Under the pieces are notes generated by a model. That model saw only the letters and a list, made by a program, of their open reading frames with translations, had not been told where the DNA came from and ran no database searches. From Alphaproteobacteria bacterium (GTDB taxonomy: Bacteria; Pseudomonadota; Alphaproteobacteria; Rhodobacterales; Rhodobacteraceae), in assembly GCA_030429495.1 (NCBI GenBank), contig JAUIFH010000012.1, positions 1,896-65,895 on the forward strand: a DNA stretch of 64,000 bases. The letters run 5' to 3'. Shown one piece after another: positions 45,220 through 54,247 of the stretch. Numbering within the stretch: the first letter of the stretch is position 1; each line of letters starts with the position of its first letter. The position numbers were made by a program, and so were the translations under genes.

Positions 45220-47100
45220 ATGGATAAGAAAACCCTGAACGACCTGTCCTGGGACGAGTTCGACGAACTGCGCGACGCGCGCCCGGCTGCAACGGAGTTC
45301 GACAAGGTTGTCGAAAGCGCGATTTCCCGCCGTGGGTTCATGGGCGGCGTGCTCGCCTTCGGATCGGGCGCCGCTGCCTTCGGGTCCGGGCTGCTCGGAT
45401 CCGCCGGCAAGGCCGCCGCTGCCGGTTCTGCCTTCCCGTTCGAACCGATCGGCATCGCGACCGACTTCGACATCCACGTTCCCGCTGGCTACACGTGGAA
45501 GCCGCTCGTACGCTGGGGTGACCCGCTGTTCTCGGACGCGGCCGATGCCTACTCGCCGAAAACCGGCGTTTCCGCCGCGATGGCGGACAAGGTGTTCGGC
45601 GAGAATACCGACGGCATGGAGCTGTTCGAGGTGGACGGCAAGGAAGTGATCGCCGTCAATTCGGAATACGCGAACCCCGAGATCAATCTGCCCGAAGCGT
45701 CCGAAGGCACGCCGCAATCGGCTGAGGAAGTGATGCTTCTGAAGAACATCCAGGGCGTCACGATCATGGAAGTTGCGAATACCGGCAACGGGTATGAGGT
45801 CGTCGTCGACAGCCCCTATAACCGGCGCATCACGCATGACACCCAGATGACCATGGACGGCCCCGCCGCGGGCTCCGCACTGGTCCAGACCAAGGCCGAT
45901 CCCGAAGGCATGTCGCCCAAGGGTACGATGAACAACTGCGGGTCGGGCAAGACGCTCTGGGGCACCTACCTGACCTGCGAGGAGAACTTCAACGGCTACT
46001 TCGGCGCTACCGGCGACTACGCGGTCACGAAGGACCTTGAACGCTATGGCATCGGCGGCGAGGCCCGCTATGCCTACGAGAAGTTCGATGCCCGGTTCGA
46101 CCTCACGCAGGAGCCGAACGAGCCCAACCGCCACGGCTGGGTGACCGAGATCGACCCGACCGATCCCGCCAGCACGCCGGTCAAGCACACGGCGCTCGGC
46201 CGCTTCAAGCACGAGAACGCCGAAATGGTGCAGGCCGCGGACGGGCGTGTCGTTGTCTATATGGGTGACGATGAACGGGGCGAATTCATCTACAAGTACG
46301 TCTCCAACGGCACTTGGGCCGAAGGCCAGCCGACCGACGGCCTGCTGTCCGATGGCACGCTTTACGTTGCCCGGTTCAACGACGATCAGACGGGCGAATG
46401 GCTCGCCCTGACGTCGGAGACCACGGGGATGCCGATCGAGGAGGTTCTCGTCTTCTCGCGCATGGCCGGATCGAAGGTGGGCGCGACAACGATGGACCGC
46501 CCCGAATGGATCACCGCGAACCCGATGAAAGCCGAAGTCTACTGTGCGCTGACCAACAACAAGAATCGCGGCGTGAAGCCGAATGCGGGCGGTGATGAGA
46601 CCCCCGTCAACGGTCCGAACCCGCGTGAGACCAACAACTATGGTCAGATCGTGCGCTGGGCGCCCGAAGGCGGTGATCACGGCACCACGGCCTTCACATG
46701 GGATCTCTACGTGATGGCGGGCAACCCGACCGTCTACGACAACACCTATGGCGGTTCGGAGAACATCACCGAGGGCAACATGTTCAACTCGCCCGACGGC
46801 ATGGCCTTTGACACGACCGGCCTTCTCTGGATCCAGACCGACGGTGAGGACAGCAACGAGGGCGAATATGCCGGCATGGGCAACAACCAGATGCTGGTCG
46901 GTGACCCTGAGACCGGCGAAATCGCCCGCTTCCTGACGGCTCCTAACGGTGCCGAAGTGACGGGCCTCTGCTGGTCGGCAGACCGCAAGGTCGCCTTCGT
47001 CGGCATCCAGCATCCGGGCGGAAGCTGGCCTGACGGCCACGGCAAGCCGCGGTCGTCCGTCATCGCCGTCTGGCGCGAAGACGGTGCCACGATCGGCTAA
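45220..47100 (+). CDS. phoX: PhoX-family alkaline phosphatase (DUF839), Tat-exported
   Basis: Start at the ATG at 45220, giving 626 aa. Tat motif SRRGFMGGVLAFGSGAAA. The beta-propeller-like body has NCGSGKTLWGTYLTCEEN and DRPEWITANP motifs. Confidence 0.85.
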   Translation: MDKKTLNDLSWDEFDELRDARPAATEFDKVVESAISRRGFMGGVLAFGSGAAAFGSGLLGSAGKAAAAGSAFPFEPIGIATDFDIHVPAGYTWKPLVRWGDPLFSDAADAYSPKTGVSAAMADKVFGENTDGMELFEVDGKEVIAVNSEYANPEINLPEASEGTPQSAEEVMLLKNIQGVTIMEVANTGNGYEVVVDSPYNRRITHDTQMTMDGPAAGSALVQTKADPEGMSPKGTMNNCGSGKTLWGTYLTCEENFNGYFGATGDYAVTKDLERYGIGGEARYAYEKFDARFDLTQEPNEPNRHGWVTEIDPTDPASTPVKHTALGRFKHENAEMVQAADGRVVVYMGDDERGEFIYKYVSNGTWAEGQPTDGLLSDGTLYVARFNDDQTGEWLALTSETTGMPIEEVLVFSRMAGSKVGATTMDRPEWITANPMKAEVYCALTNNKNRGVKPNAGGDETPVNGPNPRETNNYGQIVRWAPEGGDHGTTAFTWDLYVMAGNPTVYDNTYGGSENITEGNMFNSPDGMAFDTTGLLWIQTDGEDSNEGEYAGMGNNQMLVGDPETGEIARFLTAPNGAEVTGLCWSADRKVAFVGIQHPGGSWPDGHGKPRSSVIAVWREDGATIG

Positions 47101-47118
47101 TCTACGGTGAGGAGTGAT

Positions 47119-47158
47119 GGCGGCGTCGCTTCGCGCGGCGCCGCCTTTTCTTGTTCTT
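47119..47158 (+). terminator. Rho-independent terminator after phoX
   Basis: GGCGGCG...CGCCGCC stem followed by TTTTCTTGTTCTT. Confidence 0.7.
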
Positions 47159-47192
47159 CGGGAAATGCCCTGACAGCCTGTGAATCCCCCGG

Positions 47193-48818
47193 TCACAGGG
47201 CCTTGGCGATGGTCCGGAGTTCGAACTTCTGAACCTTGCCCGTCGATGTCTTTGGTAGTTCGGTGAACACGACGCGTTTCGGCGTCTTGAACCCCGCAAG
47301 GCGTTCGCGCACGAAGGCGATCAACTCGGCCTCGGTCACCGCGCCGCCGTCCTTCAGTTCCACGAAGGCGCAGGGCACCTCGCCCCACTTGTCATCCGGC
47401 TTGGCGACCACGGCGCAGAGCGATACTGCCGGATGGTGCATGATCGCACCTTCGACTTCCACCGACGACACGTTCTCGCCCCCCGATATGATGATGTCCT
47501 TCGCCCGGTCGGTGATCTTGATGTAGCCGTCGGGATGCTGGAAGGCGATGTCGCCAGAGCGGAAGTAGCCGCCACGAAACGCCTCCGCCGTCGCCTCCGG
47601 GTTGCGGTAATAGCCCTTCATCACCGAATTGCCCCGGATCGCGATCTCGCCCGTCGTCTGCCCGTCACGCGGCACGGGGGAGCCTTGGTCATCATGGACA
47701 AGGATGTCTTCCATGAAGGGCATGAGCACGCCTGTCCGCGCCTTGATCGCCGCCCGCTCCGACTGCGGCAGGCCGTCCCAGTCGCGGTGCCACAGGCATT
47801 CGGTGACGTGGCCATAGGTTTCGGTCAGGCCGTAGACCTGGGTGACGTGAAAGCCCAGCGGCTCGATCGCGGCGAGCGTCGCAGCCGGCGGCGGGGCGCC
47901 GGCGGTATAGACCTCCACGATATGGTCGAAGTCGCGCCGATCCGCGGCCCGGGCATTGATGATCGAATTCAGGACGATTGGTGCGCCACCGAAATGGGTG
48001 ACGCCCTCGTCGGCGATGGCGTCATAGATGTTCTTCGCGGTGATGTCGCGGCAGCAGACAAGCGTCCCTCCGACAGCCGGCAGCATCCACGTGTGGCACC
48101 AACCGTTGCAGTGAAAGAGCGGCACGATGGTCAGGTAGACGGGCCGGATCCCCACCGCCCAGCTCACTGCCGTGCCCATGGCAAGGAGATACGCGCCCCG
48201 GTGGTGGTAGACGACACCCTTGGGTCGCCCCGTCGTCCCCGACGTGTAGTTGAGCGCGAGGCTTTCCCATTCGTCCTGCGGCATCCGCCAGGGTGAAGCC
48301 GGGTCGCCCGAGGCAAGCAGTGCCTCGTAATCGGCGTGCCGCCCGCTGAGGGAATATCCGGCATGGTCGTCCGCGACCTCGATCAGTTCGGGCCCGGGGC
48401 CTTCCATCCGTGCGATCGCTTCCTCGGCCAGCGGGATCAGCGCGGCATCGACCAGGGCGATCTTCGCGCCGCCGTGGCCGAAGATATAGGCGATGGTGTC
48501 GGAATCGAGCCGCGTGTTGATCGCGTTCAGGATCGCGCCCGCCGCCGGGACGCCAAAATGCGCCTCTGCCTGCGCCGGTACGTTCGGCAGGAGTGTGGCG
48601 ACGACATCGCCCGGGTTCACGCCGCGCCGTGCCAGCGCGGAGGCCAGCCGGCTCACCCGCGCGTGGTAATCGCGATAGCTGCGCCGGACCGAGCCATAGA
48701 CCACCGCCGTTTGATCGGCGAAGACATCCACGGCGCGGACGAGAAAGGAGAGCGGTGTCAGCGGCACGAAATTCGCCGCGTTGCGTTCCAGCCCGGTTTC
48801 GTCAGCCATCCAGCCCAT
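47193..48818 (-). CDS. AMP-dependent acyl-CoA synthetase/ligase (medium/short-chain type)
   Basis: ATG at 48818 preceded by GGGAGGA, giving 541 aa. ANFVPLTPLSFLVRAV opening and the YTSGTTGRPKGV AMP motif. The 63-aa extension in the track looks non-coding. Confidence 0.85.
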   Translation of the reverse strand: MGWMADETGLERNAANFVPLTPLSFLVRAVDVFADQTAVVYGSVRRSYRDYHARVSRLASALARRGVNPGDVVATLLPNVPAQAEAHFGVPAAGAILNAINTRLDSDTIAYIFGHGGAKIALVDAALIPLAEEAIARMEGPGPELIEVADDHAGYSLSGRHADYEALLASGDPASPWRMPQDEWESLALNYTSGTTGRPKGVVYHHRGAYLLAMGTAVSWAVGIRPVYLTIVPLFHCNGWCHTWMLPAVGGTLVCCRDITAKNIYDAIADEGVTHFGGAPIVLNSIINARAADRRDFDHIVEVYTAGAPPPAATLAAIEPLGFHVTQVYGLTETYGHVTECLWHRDWDGLPQSERAAIKARTGVLMPFMEDILVHDDQGSPVPRDGQTTGEIAIRGNSVMKGYYRNPEATAEAFRGGYFRSGDIAFQHPDGYIKITDRAKDIIISGGENVSSVEVEGAIMHHPAVSLCAVVAKPDDKWGEVPCAFVELKDGGAVTEAELIAFVRERLAGFKTPKRVVFTELPKTSTGKVQKFELRTIAKAL

Positions 48819-48839
48819 TTGGTCCTCCCCGACCGACCC

Positions 48840-48901
48840 ATGTCGCTTCCTGACAGGAATATTGCGTCGCGCCGCGCTTCTTGGGAAGCAGGAAGCGACA
48901 T
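48840..48901. repeat. Perfect 13-bp inverted repeat in a divergent promoter/leader region
   Basis: ATGTCGCTTCCTG (48840..48852) and CAGGAAGCGACAT (48889..48901) are exact reverse complements, 36 nt apart. The left arm overlaps a nested palindrome TTCCTGACAGGAA at 48847..48859. Confidence 0.7.
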
Positions 48902-48912
48902 CCGGAGACAGC

Positions 48913-49842
48913 ATGACGACCACTGCAATGCCCGTGGCGGCGAACAGGACGACCGCCGCAGCGCTCCTGATTCTCGGATATGCCACGGTAATCGGTTTCA
49001 CCGACAACTACGTCCGCCTCATCGCGGCCGAGGCCGGGCTGTGGCAGTTCCATGCGGTGCGTTCTTTGATGGCGGTGGCGCTTCTGGGGGCCGCCGCGCC
49101 GCTGTTCGGGCTCAGGCTCCGCCCGCGCCGGCCGGGCGCTGTCGTGTTGCGAAGCATGTTGCACGGGACGGCGATGCTCATCTACTTCGGATGCCTCGCC
49201 TTCATGCCCGTGGCAATCGCCGCGGCCGGGCTTTTCACCGCGCCTGTCTTCACGCTGCTCATCTCGCGGTTCGCGTTCGGCGTGGCGATCGGACCGTTCC
49301 GCATCGTCGCGGTTCTCCTCGGATTCGCAGGCGTGATTCTCGTGCTGGGGCCGGGGCAGGGCGCGGCGGTTGGCCTGGCGACGGTCCTGCCAGTCGCCGC
49401 CGGCGCACTCTATGCGCTTGGCAACATCGCGACTCGCGCCTGGTGCGGCGGCGAAAGCGCCGAGACCCTGCTTGCCGGGTTCTTCGCTGCGCTGGGCTTC
49501 TTCGGTCTTGCCGGTATGGCGGCCCTGGCGCTCTGGCCGGCGGCTGTTGGCGCGGCGGCCGGGACGGAAGCCTTCATCCTTCGCGGCGCGGTCTGGCCGA
49601 CGGGCACCTTCCTGTTTTGGACCTTCGTTCAGGCCGCCGGCTCCCTGCTCGGGGTCGGATTGATGATCCGCGCCTACCAGATAGCCGAGGCAAGCCGCGT
49701 GGCGATCTTCGAATACGTGATCCTTCCGGCATCCGCCCTCTGGTCGTTCCTTCTCTGGAACGAGACGCTGGATGCGGGCGCCGTCGCCGGGATTGCGCTG
49801 ATCTTTGCCGCAGGGCTTATCATCGCGCTCAGGGGGCGCTAG
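48913..49842 (+). CDS. DMT-superfamily (EamA-like) transporter
   Basis: ATG at 48913 preceded by GGAGA. 309 aa with about 10 hydrophobic segments in two EamA-like halves. Confidence 0.8.
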   Translation: MTTTAMPVAANRTTAAALLILGYATVIGFTDNYVRLIAAEAGLWQFHAVRSLMAVALLGAAAPLFGLRLRPRRPGAVVLRSMLHGTAMLIYFGCLAFMPVAIAAAGLFTAPVFTLLISRFAFGVAIGPFRIVAVLLGFAGVILVLGPGQGAAVGLATVLPVAAGALYALGNIATRAWCGGESAETLLAGFFAALGFFGLAGMAALALWPAAVGAAAGTEAFILRGAVWPTGTFLFWTFVQAAGSLLGVGLMIRAYQIAEASRVAIFEYVILPASALWSFLLWNETLDAGAVAGIALIFAAGLIIALRGR

Positions 49843-49852
49843 CCTCGCTGCC

Positions 49853-50509
49853 ATGATCCTCTCGCGCGGTCGCCGCTATATCTTCATCCATATCCCCAAG
49901 ACCGGCGGCACCGCGCTGACACTGGCGCTCGAGGCGCGGGCGATGAAGGACGACATCCTGATCGGCGACACGCCCAAGGCGAAGTCCCGCAAGCGGCGCC
50001 TCGCAGGCATCAAGACGCCCGGGCGGCTCTGGAAGCATTCGACGCTCGCCGATATCCGTGGCCTCGCCACGGACGAGGAGATCGCGTCGTTCTTCACGGT
50101 GACGCTGGTGCGCAATCCCTGGGACCGGATAGTCAGCTACTACCACTGGCTGCGTGCCCAGAGCTTCGCCCATCCAGCGGTGACACTGGCAAAGGCATCG
50201 GAGTTCAGCACGTTCCTCAATGCGCCCGAAACGCAGGCGAGCTTTGCGGCACATCCCTATGGAAGTTATATGGAAGCTGCCGAAGAGACTGAGCGCTGCG
50301 ACCTCTTCATCAGGCTGGAACAGTTCGACCGAGACGTGGTCCCGTTCGAGGATCATCTCGGCTTTCGGCTCGCGCCGCTTGCCGTCGAGAATGCGTCGGA
50401 TCGACCGCGTGACTGGCGGCCGATCTATTCGGCTGACGATGCTGAAACTGTCGCGAAGGTTTGCGCCGCCGATATCGCCCGGTTTGGTTACCGCTTCGAT
50501 CCCGACTAG
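49853..50509 (+). CDS. Sulfotransferase family protein
   Basis: ATG at 49853. 218 aa. YIFIHIPKTGGTAL (PAPS 5'-phosphosulfate loop) and VRNPWDRIVSYY (3'-phosphate motif). Begins 10 nt after the DMT stop. Confidence 0.8.
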   Translation: MILSRGRRYIFIHIPKTGGTALTLALEARAMKDDILIGDTPKAKSRKRRLAGIKTPGRLWKHSTLADIRGLATDEEIASFFTVTLVRNPWDRIVSYYHWLRAQSFAHPAVTLAKASEFSTFLNAPETQASFAAHPYGSYMEAAEETERCDLFIRLEQFDRDVVPFEDHLGFRLAPLAVENASDRPRDWRPIYSADDAETVAKVCAADIARFGYRFDPD

Positions 50510-50513
50510 GGGC

Positions 50514-51407
50514 CTATCTCGTGAAGATCAGCGCGAGTCCTGCAACCGCCAGGGCTGCGCCTGCCCAGCTTTTGGTGCTCGGCCGCTGGCCGGTCCTGAG
50601 CCAGAGAAGCGGAAGGATGATCACCGGCGAGGTCGCCGAAAGTGTCGCGATAATGCCGGTCTGCGCGCCCTTGAGGGCATAGAGGAACAGCGTCATGCCC
50701 AAAAGCAGCCCGATCACCGCTGTCAACGCTGTCAGAAGAAGCGTCGCCGGGGTCACGGATTTCGGGCGCGGCGGCGCAAGGGGCAGGGTGGCGATGACAC
50801 CCATGACCAGCCCTGAGGCGCCGACCCGGATCAGGGATCCGAGATAGGGGTCGAGCCCGCCCTGCATGTAGGGCCGTGCAATGAGCGCGCCACTGGCCTG
50901 ACCGAGCGCGGCCAGGAGGCCGAAGGCGAGCCCCGCGCGCAGGCGGCCGCTTTGTTGTTCCAGCCGGTGCGCGGTCTGGGGCGGCCGGCCCATGATGGCC
51001 AGCGCCACGCCAGCGACCGTCACGCCGATGCCGAGCGCGGCCCGCCCACCGAGCGTTTCGCCGAGGGCGAGCCAGCCGAGCACAGCCGCCATCGGCGCGT
51101 TCAGCGCAAAGATCGCACCGGCGCGGCGTGGACCGAGCCGCCCCACGGCGGCAAAGTTCAGCGTGTCGCCGAGGAGAATGCCGACGACCCCGGATAGTGC
51201 AAGCAGCGCGATCCCCCGACCGTCGGGCAGTGCCGTCGCCCCCGACGCAAGGACCACGGCGCCGAGAAGCAGGGCCACAAGCGTCTGACGGATCAGGTTG
51301 AAGTGAAACGGTCCGAGCATCCGGATCGCATCGGAGGCAAGAATACCGGTCGTCGCCCAGCAGGTCGCGGTGCCAAGCGCCGCCAGTTCGTGAATCGGAA
51401 AAGCCAT
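50514..51407 (-). CDS. DMT-superfamily (EamA-like) transporter
   Basis: ATG at 51407 (MAFPIHELAALGTATCWA...). 297 aa with about 10 TM segments. Convergent with the sulfotransferase gene (4-nt gap). Confidence 0.8.
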   Translation of the reverse strand: MAFPIHELAALGTATCWATTGILASDAIRMLGPFHFNLIRQTLVALLLGAVVLASGATALPDGRGIALLALSGVVGILLGDTLNFAAVGRLGPRRAGAIFALNAPMAAVLGWLALGETLGGRAALGIGVTVAGVALAIMGRPPQTAHRLEQQSGRLRAGLAFGLLAALGQASGALIARPYMQGGLDPYLGSLIRVGASGLVMGVIATLPLAPPRPKSVTPATLLLTALTAVIGLLLGMTLFLYALKGAQTGIIATLSATSPVIILPLLWLRTGQRPSTKSWAGAALAVAGLALIFTR

Positions 51408-51541
51408 GGCACCCCCCGCGTCGCAACTTGCATGCCGCCTGTGCGGCGGCAAGCCCTTCGTACGCCGTTGTTATCGGGGGATGCTTCGGCGGCGGTCGAA
51501 CTATGCGCGATTGGTGCGGTTTCGGCGCCGCCGGTCGGGCA

Positions 51542-51563
51542 GGCGGGGGGACGGCCCCCCGCC
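51542..51563 (-). terminator. GC hairpin downstream of the fadB-like gene
   Basis: GGCGGGGGG-ACGG-CCCCCCGCC, a perfect 9-bp stem just beyond the stop at 51570. No T-tract. Confidence 0.45.
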
Positions 51564-51569
51564 CAGAGG

Positions 51570-53774
51570 TCAGGCTGCCTTGGCGGTTTGTGTGAAACGA
51601 CCGTAGAAGGTATCGCCCTGTGCGGCGAGGTCGCGAAGCAGCTTGGGCGCCGCGAAGCGCGGGCCGTGCCCGGCTTCGAGCCCGTCGCAGATTGCCACAG
51701 CCCGCTCGGCCCCGATGATGTCGAGCCACGAGAACGGCCCGCCCGACCAGGGCGCGAAGCCCCAGCCGAGGATCGCGCCGACATCGCCTTCGCGGATATC
51801 CTCCAACACGCCCTCTTGCAGCGCCCGGACGGCCTCCAGAACCTGCGCCATCATCAGCCGGTGCTGCACCTCATGCAGGTCGGGCTGCGCATCGGCCACG
51901 GGATATTCGGCCGAAAGACCGTCCCAAAGACCCGTCCGGCCGCCTTTTTCGTCGTAGGCGTAGAAACCGGCGCTCGATTTCCGGCCCAGACGCCCCTTGT
52001 CTGCCATCGCGAACAACACCTCATCCACGGCGCTATCCGGATAGGCATCGCCCATCGCCGCCTTCGTCGCCTTGGCGATCTTGACGCCAAGGTCGATGGA
52101 GGTCTCGTCCACCAGTTGCAGCGGCCCGAGCGGGAAGCCCAGAAGCTTCGCCGCGTTCTCGATCAGCGCCGGTTCCACCCCCTCGGACACCATGCGGATG
52201 CCCTCGTTGATGTAAGGGATGATGCAGCGGTTGGCGTAGAAGAACCGGGCGTCATTGACGACGATCGGCGTCTTCCTGATCTGGCGCACGAAGTCGAGCG
52301 CCTTGGCTACGGCCACGTCGCCGGTCTCTTTCCCCTTGATGATCTCAACCAGCATCATCTTGTCGACGGGCGAGAAGAAGTGGATGCCGATGAACTGCTC
52401 CGGCCGTTTCGAGGCTTTTGCGAGGTCCGAAATCGGTAGGGTCGAGGTGTTGGTGGCAAAGATTGCGTCCGAAGGGATCACCGCCTCGGTCTTCGCCGTT
52501 ACTTCGGCCTTGACCTTCATATCCTCGAACACCGCCTCGACGATCAGGTCACAGCCCTGAAGTGCGGCGTAGTCGGTTGTGGCATTGATCCGGCCCAGCA
52601 CTTCCGCCTTCTTCTCTGCCGTCACCTTGCCCCGTTTCATCCCCTTGTCGAGGATGCCCTCGGAGTAGGCCTTGCCCTTGTCGGCGGCTTCCTGTTTCGC
52701 GTCGATCAGCACGACCTCGATGCCCGCATTGGCCGAGACATAGGCAATGCCCGCGCCCATCATGCCCGCGCCAAGTACGCCGACCTTCGCGACCTTCTGG
52801 TCGGCGACATCGGGCCGGTTGGCACCCTTCTCCAGCGCCTCCTTGTTGATGAAGAGCGACCGGATCATCGCCGACGACGACGGGTTCATCAGAACATGCG
52901 TGAACCAGCGCGCCTCGATCCGGATCGCGGCGTCGAAGGGCACGAGCGCGCCCTCATAGACCGCGCCGAGAAGCGCTTTGGCGGCCGGGTAGACGCCTTG
53001 CGTCTTGCCATGCACCATCGCCGAGGCGCCGACGAAGGTCATGAAGCCCGCCGGGTGATAGGGTGCACCGCCGGGCATCTTATAGCCCTTGGCGTCCCAC
53101 GGCTTGACGATGTCGGTGTCCTTGGCCGCCAGCACCCATTCCCTGGCGCGCGACAAAAGCTCATCTGGCGCCACGACCTCGTCGATCAGCCCGGCCGCCT
53201 TGGCCTTCTTCGGGTCGGAGAGCTTGCCTTCCAGGAGGAACGGCGCCGCCGCCATCGCCCCCATCTTGCGCACGAGCCGCGTCGTGCCGCCCGCGCCGGG
53301 GAAGATGCCGACCATGATCTCCGGCAGGCCGATCTTGGCCTTGGGATTGTCGGCCGCGATGATCCGGTGGCAGGACAGCGGGATCTCGAACCCGATGCCG
53401 AGCGCGGTGCCGGGAAGCGCCGCCACGATCGGCTTGCCGCCCTTCAGCGTCTTCGGGTCCATGCCTGCGCGTTCGATCTTGCGCAGGATCGCATGCATGC
53501 CCATCACGCCCTCGAAAAGCCCCCGCGCCGGATCGTCGCCCGCGCTTTCCTTCATCTTCGCGATGATGTTGAGGTCCATCCCGCCGGCGAAGCTGCCTTC
53601 CTTGCCCGAGGTGATGATCACGCCCTTGACCTTGTTGTCCGCCAGTGCGGCGTCGATATGCGCCTCGAGGTCGAGGAAACCCTGCTGGTTCATCACGTTC
53701 ATCGACTTGCCCTGGGTGTCCCAGGTGATGGTCGCGACGCCGTCGGCATCCACGGAGTAGGTGAAGTCGGTCAT
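51570..53774 (-). CDS. Bifunctional enoyl-CoA hydratase / 3-hydroxyacyl-CoA dehydrogenase (FadB/FadJ-like)
   Basis: ATG at 53774, giving 734 aa. Crotonase N-terminus (GSFAGGMDLN) and an NAD fold VGVLGAGMMGAGIA. The 83-aa track extension is spurious. Confidence 0.9.
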   Translation of the reverse strand: MTDFTYSVDADGVATITWDTQGKSMNVMNQQGFLDLEAHIDAALADNKVKGVIITSGKEGSFAGGMDLNIIAKMKESAGDDPARGLFEGVMGMHAILRKIERAGMDPKTLKGGKPIVAALPGTALGIGFEIPLSCHRIIAADNPKAKIGLPEIMVGIFPGAGGTTRLVRKMGAMAAAPFLLEGKLSDPKKAKAAGLIDEVVAPDELLSRAREWVLAAKDTDIVKPWDAKGYKMPGGAPYHPAGFMTFVGASAMVHGKTQGVYPAAKALLGAVYEGALVPFDAAIRIEARWFTHVLMNPSSSAMIRSLFINKEALEKGANRPDVADQKVAKVGVLGAGMMGAGIAYVSANAGIEVVLIDAKQEAADKGKAYSEGILDKGMKRGKVTAEKKAEVLGRINATTDYAALQGCDLIVEAVFEDMKVKAEVTAKTEAVIPSDAIFATNTSTLPISDLAKASKRPEQFIGIHFFSPVDKMMLVEIIKGKETGDVAVAKALDFVRQIRKTPIVVNDARFFYANRCIIPYINEGIRMVSEGVEPALIENAAKLLGFPLGPLQLVDETSIDLGVKIAKATKAAMGDAYPDSAVDEVLFAMADKGRLGRKSSAGFYAYDEKGGRTGLWDGLSAEYPVADAQPDLHEVQHRLMMAQVLEAVRALQEGVLEDIREGDVGAILGWGFAPWSGGPFSWLDIIGAERAVAICDGLEAGHGPRFAAPKLLRDLAAQGDTFYGRFTQTAKAA

Positions 53775-54247
53775 GCTTTGTCTCCCTGATAGGGTGTGCC
53801 GTCCTTGTGGGTGAAGCTGGCCTTGCCATCCTTCAGTTCCACTTCCAGATCGACATCGGAATAGGTGGCTTTTTCGGGGTTCATGCGGGAGCCCACGACG
53901 AGGAACCGCGCCGCCGCCCCGCTCTTGTTGATGAAGTGATGGCCGTTCGGGTCGCCCGCCGGAAAGGCGGCACAGTCGCCGGGGCGCATCACGGTTTCGC
54001 CCTCGTCCTGAACCAGAACGCATTCGCCCTCGGTCACCATGACGAATTCATCCTCGCGGTGATGCCAGTGGCGAAGCGAGGACTTTGCGCCAGGCTGGAG
54101 GATCACCTCGTTCGCGCCGAACTGCGTCAGCCCGCCCGCATCGCCGAGGCGGAGCGAGGAGCGCCCGGCCATCTCGCTGGCATAGGGCGCGGGATAGATC
54201 GAGCCGGTGCGCGGCGTGATCTTTGATTTGTCGATGACGGGCATCAC
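53771..54247 (-). CDS. Cupin domain protein
   Basis: About 157 aa. SLRHWHHREDEFVMVTEGECVLV...GDCAAFPAG cupin motifs. ATGA-coupled to the fadB-like gene and overlaps the thiolase stop. Start is GTG 54247 or ATG 54244. Confidence 0.8.
   Translation of the reverse strand: MMPVIDKSKITPRTGSIYPAPYASEMAGRSSLRLGDAGGLTQFGANEVILQPGAKSSLRHWHHREDEFVMVTEGECVLVQDEGETVMRPGDCAAFPAGDPNGHHFINKSGAAARFLVVGSRMNPEKATYSDVDLEVELKDGKASFTHKDGTPYQGDKA

Noticed and set aside
45142-47388. 748-aa ORF on the minus strand, opposite phoX
   Set aside because: It is antisense to phoX, which has a Tat signal and conserved motifs. Its composition is shadow-like and it runs through the phoX terminator.
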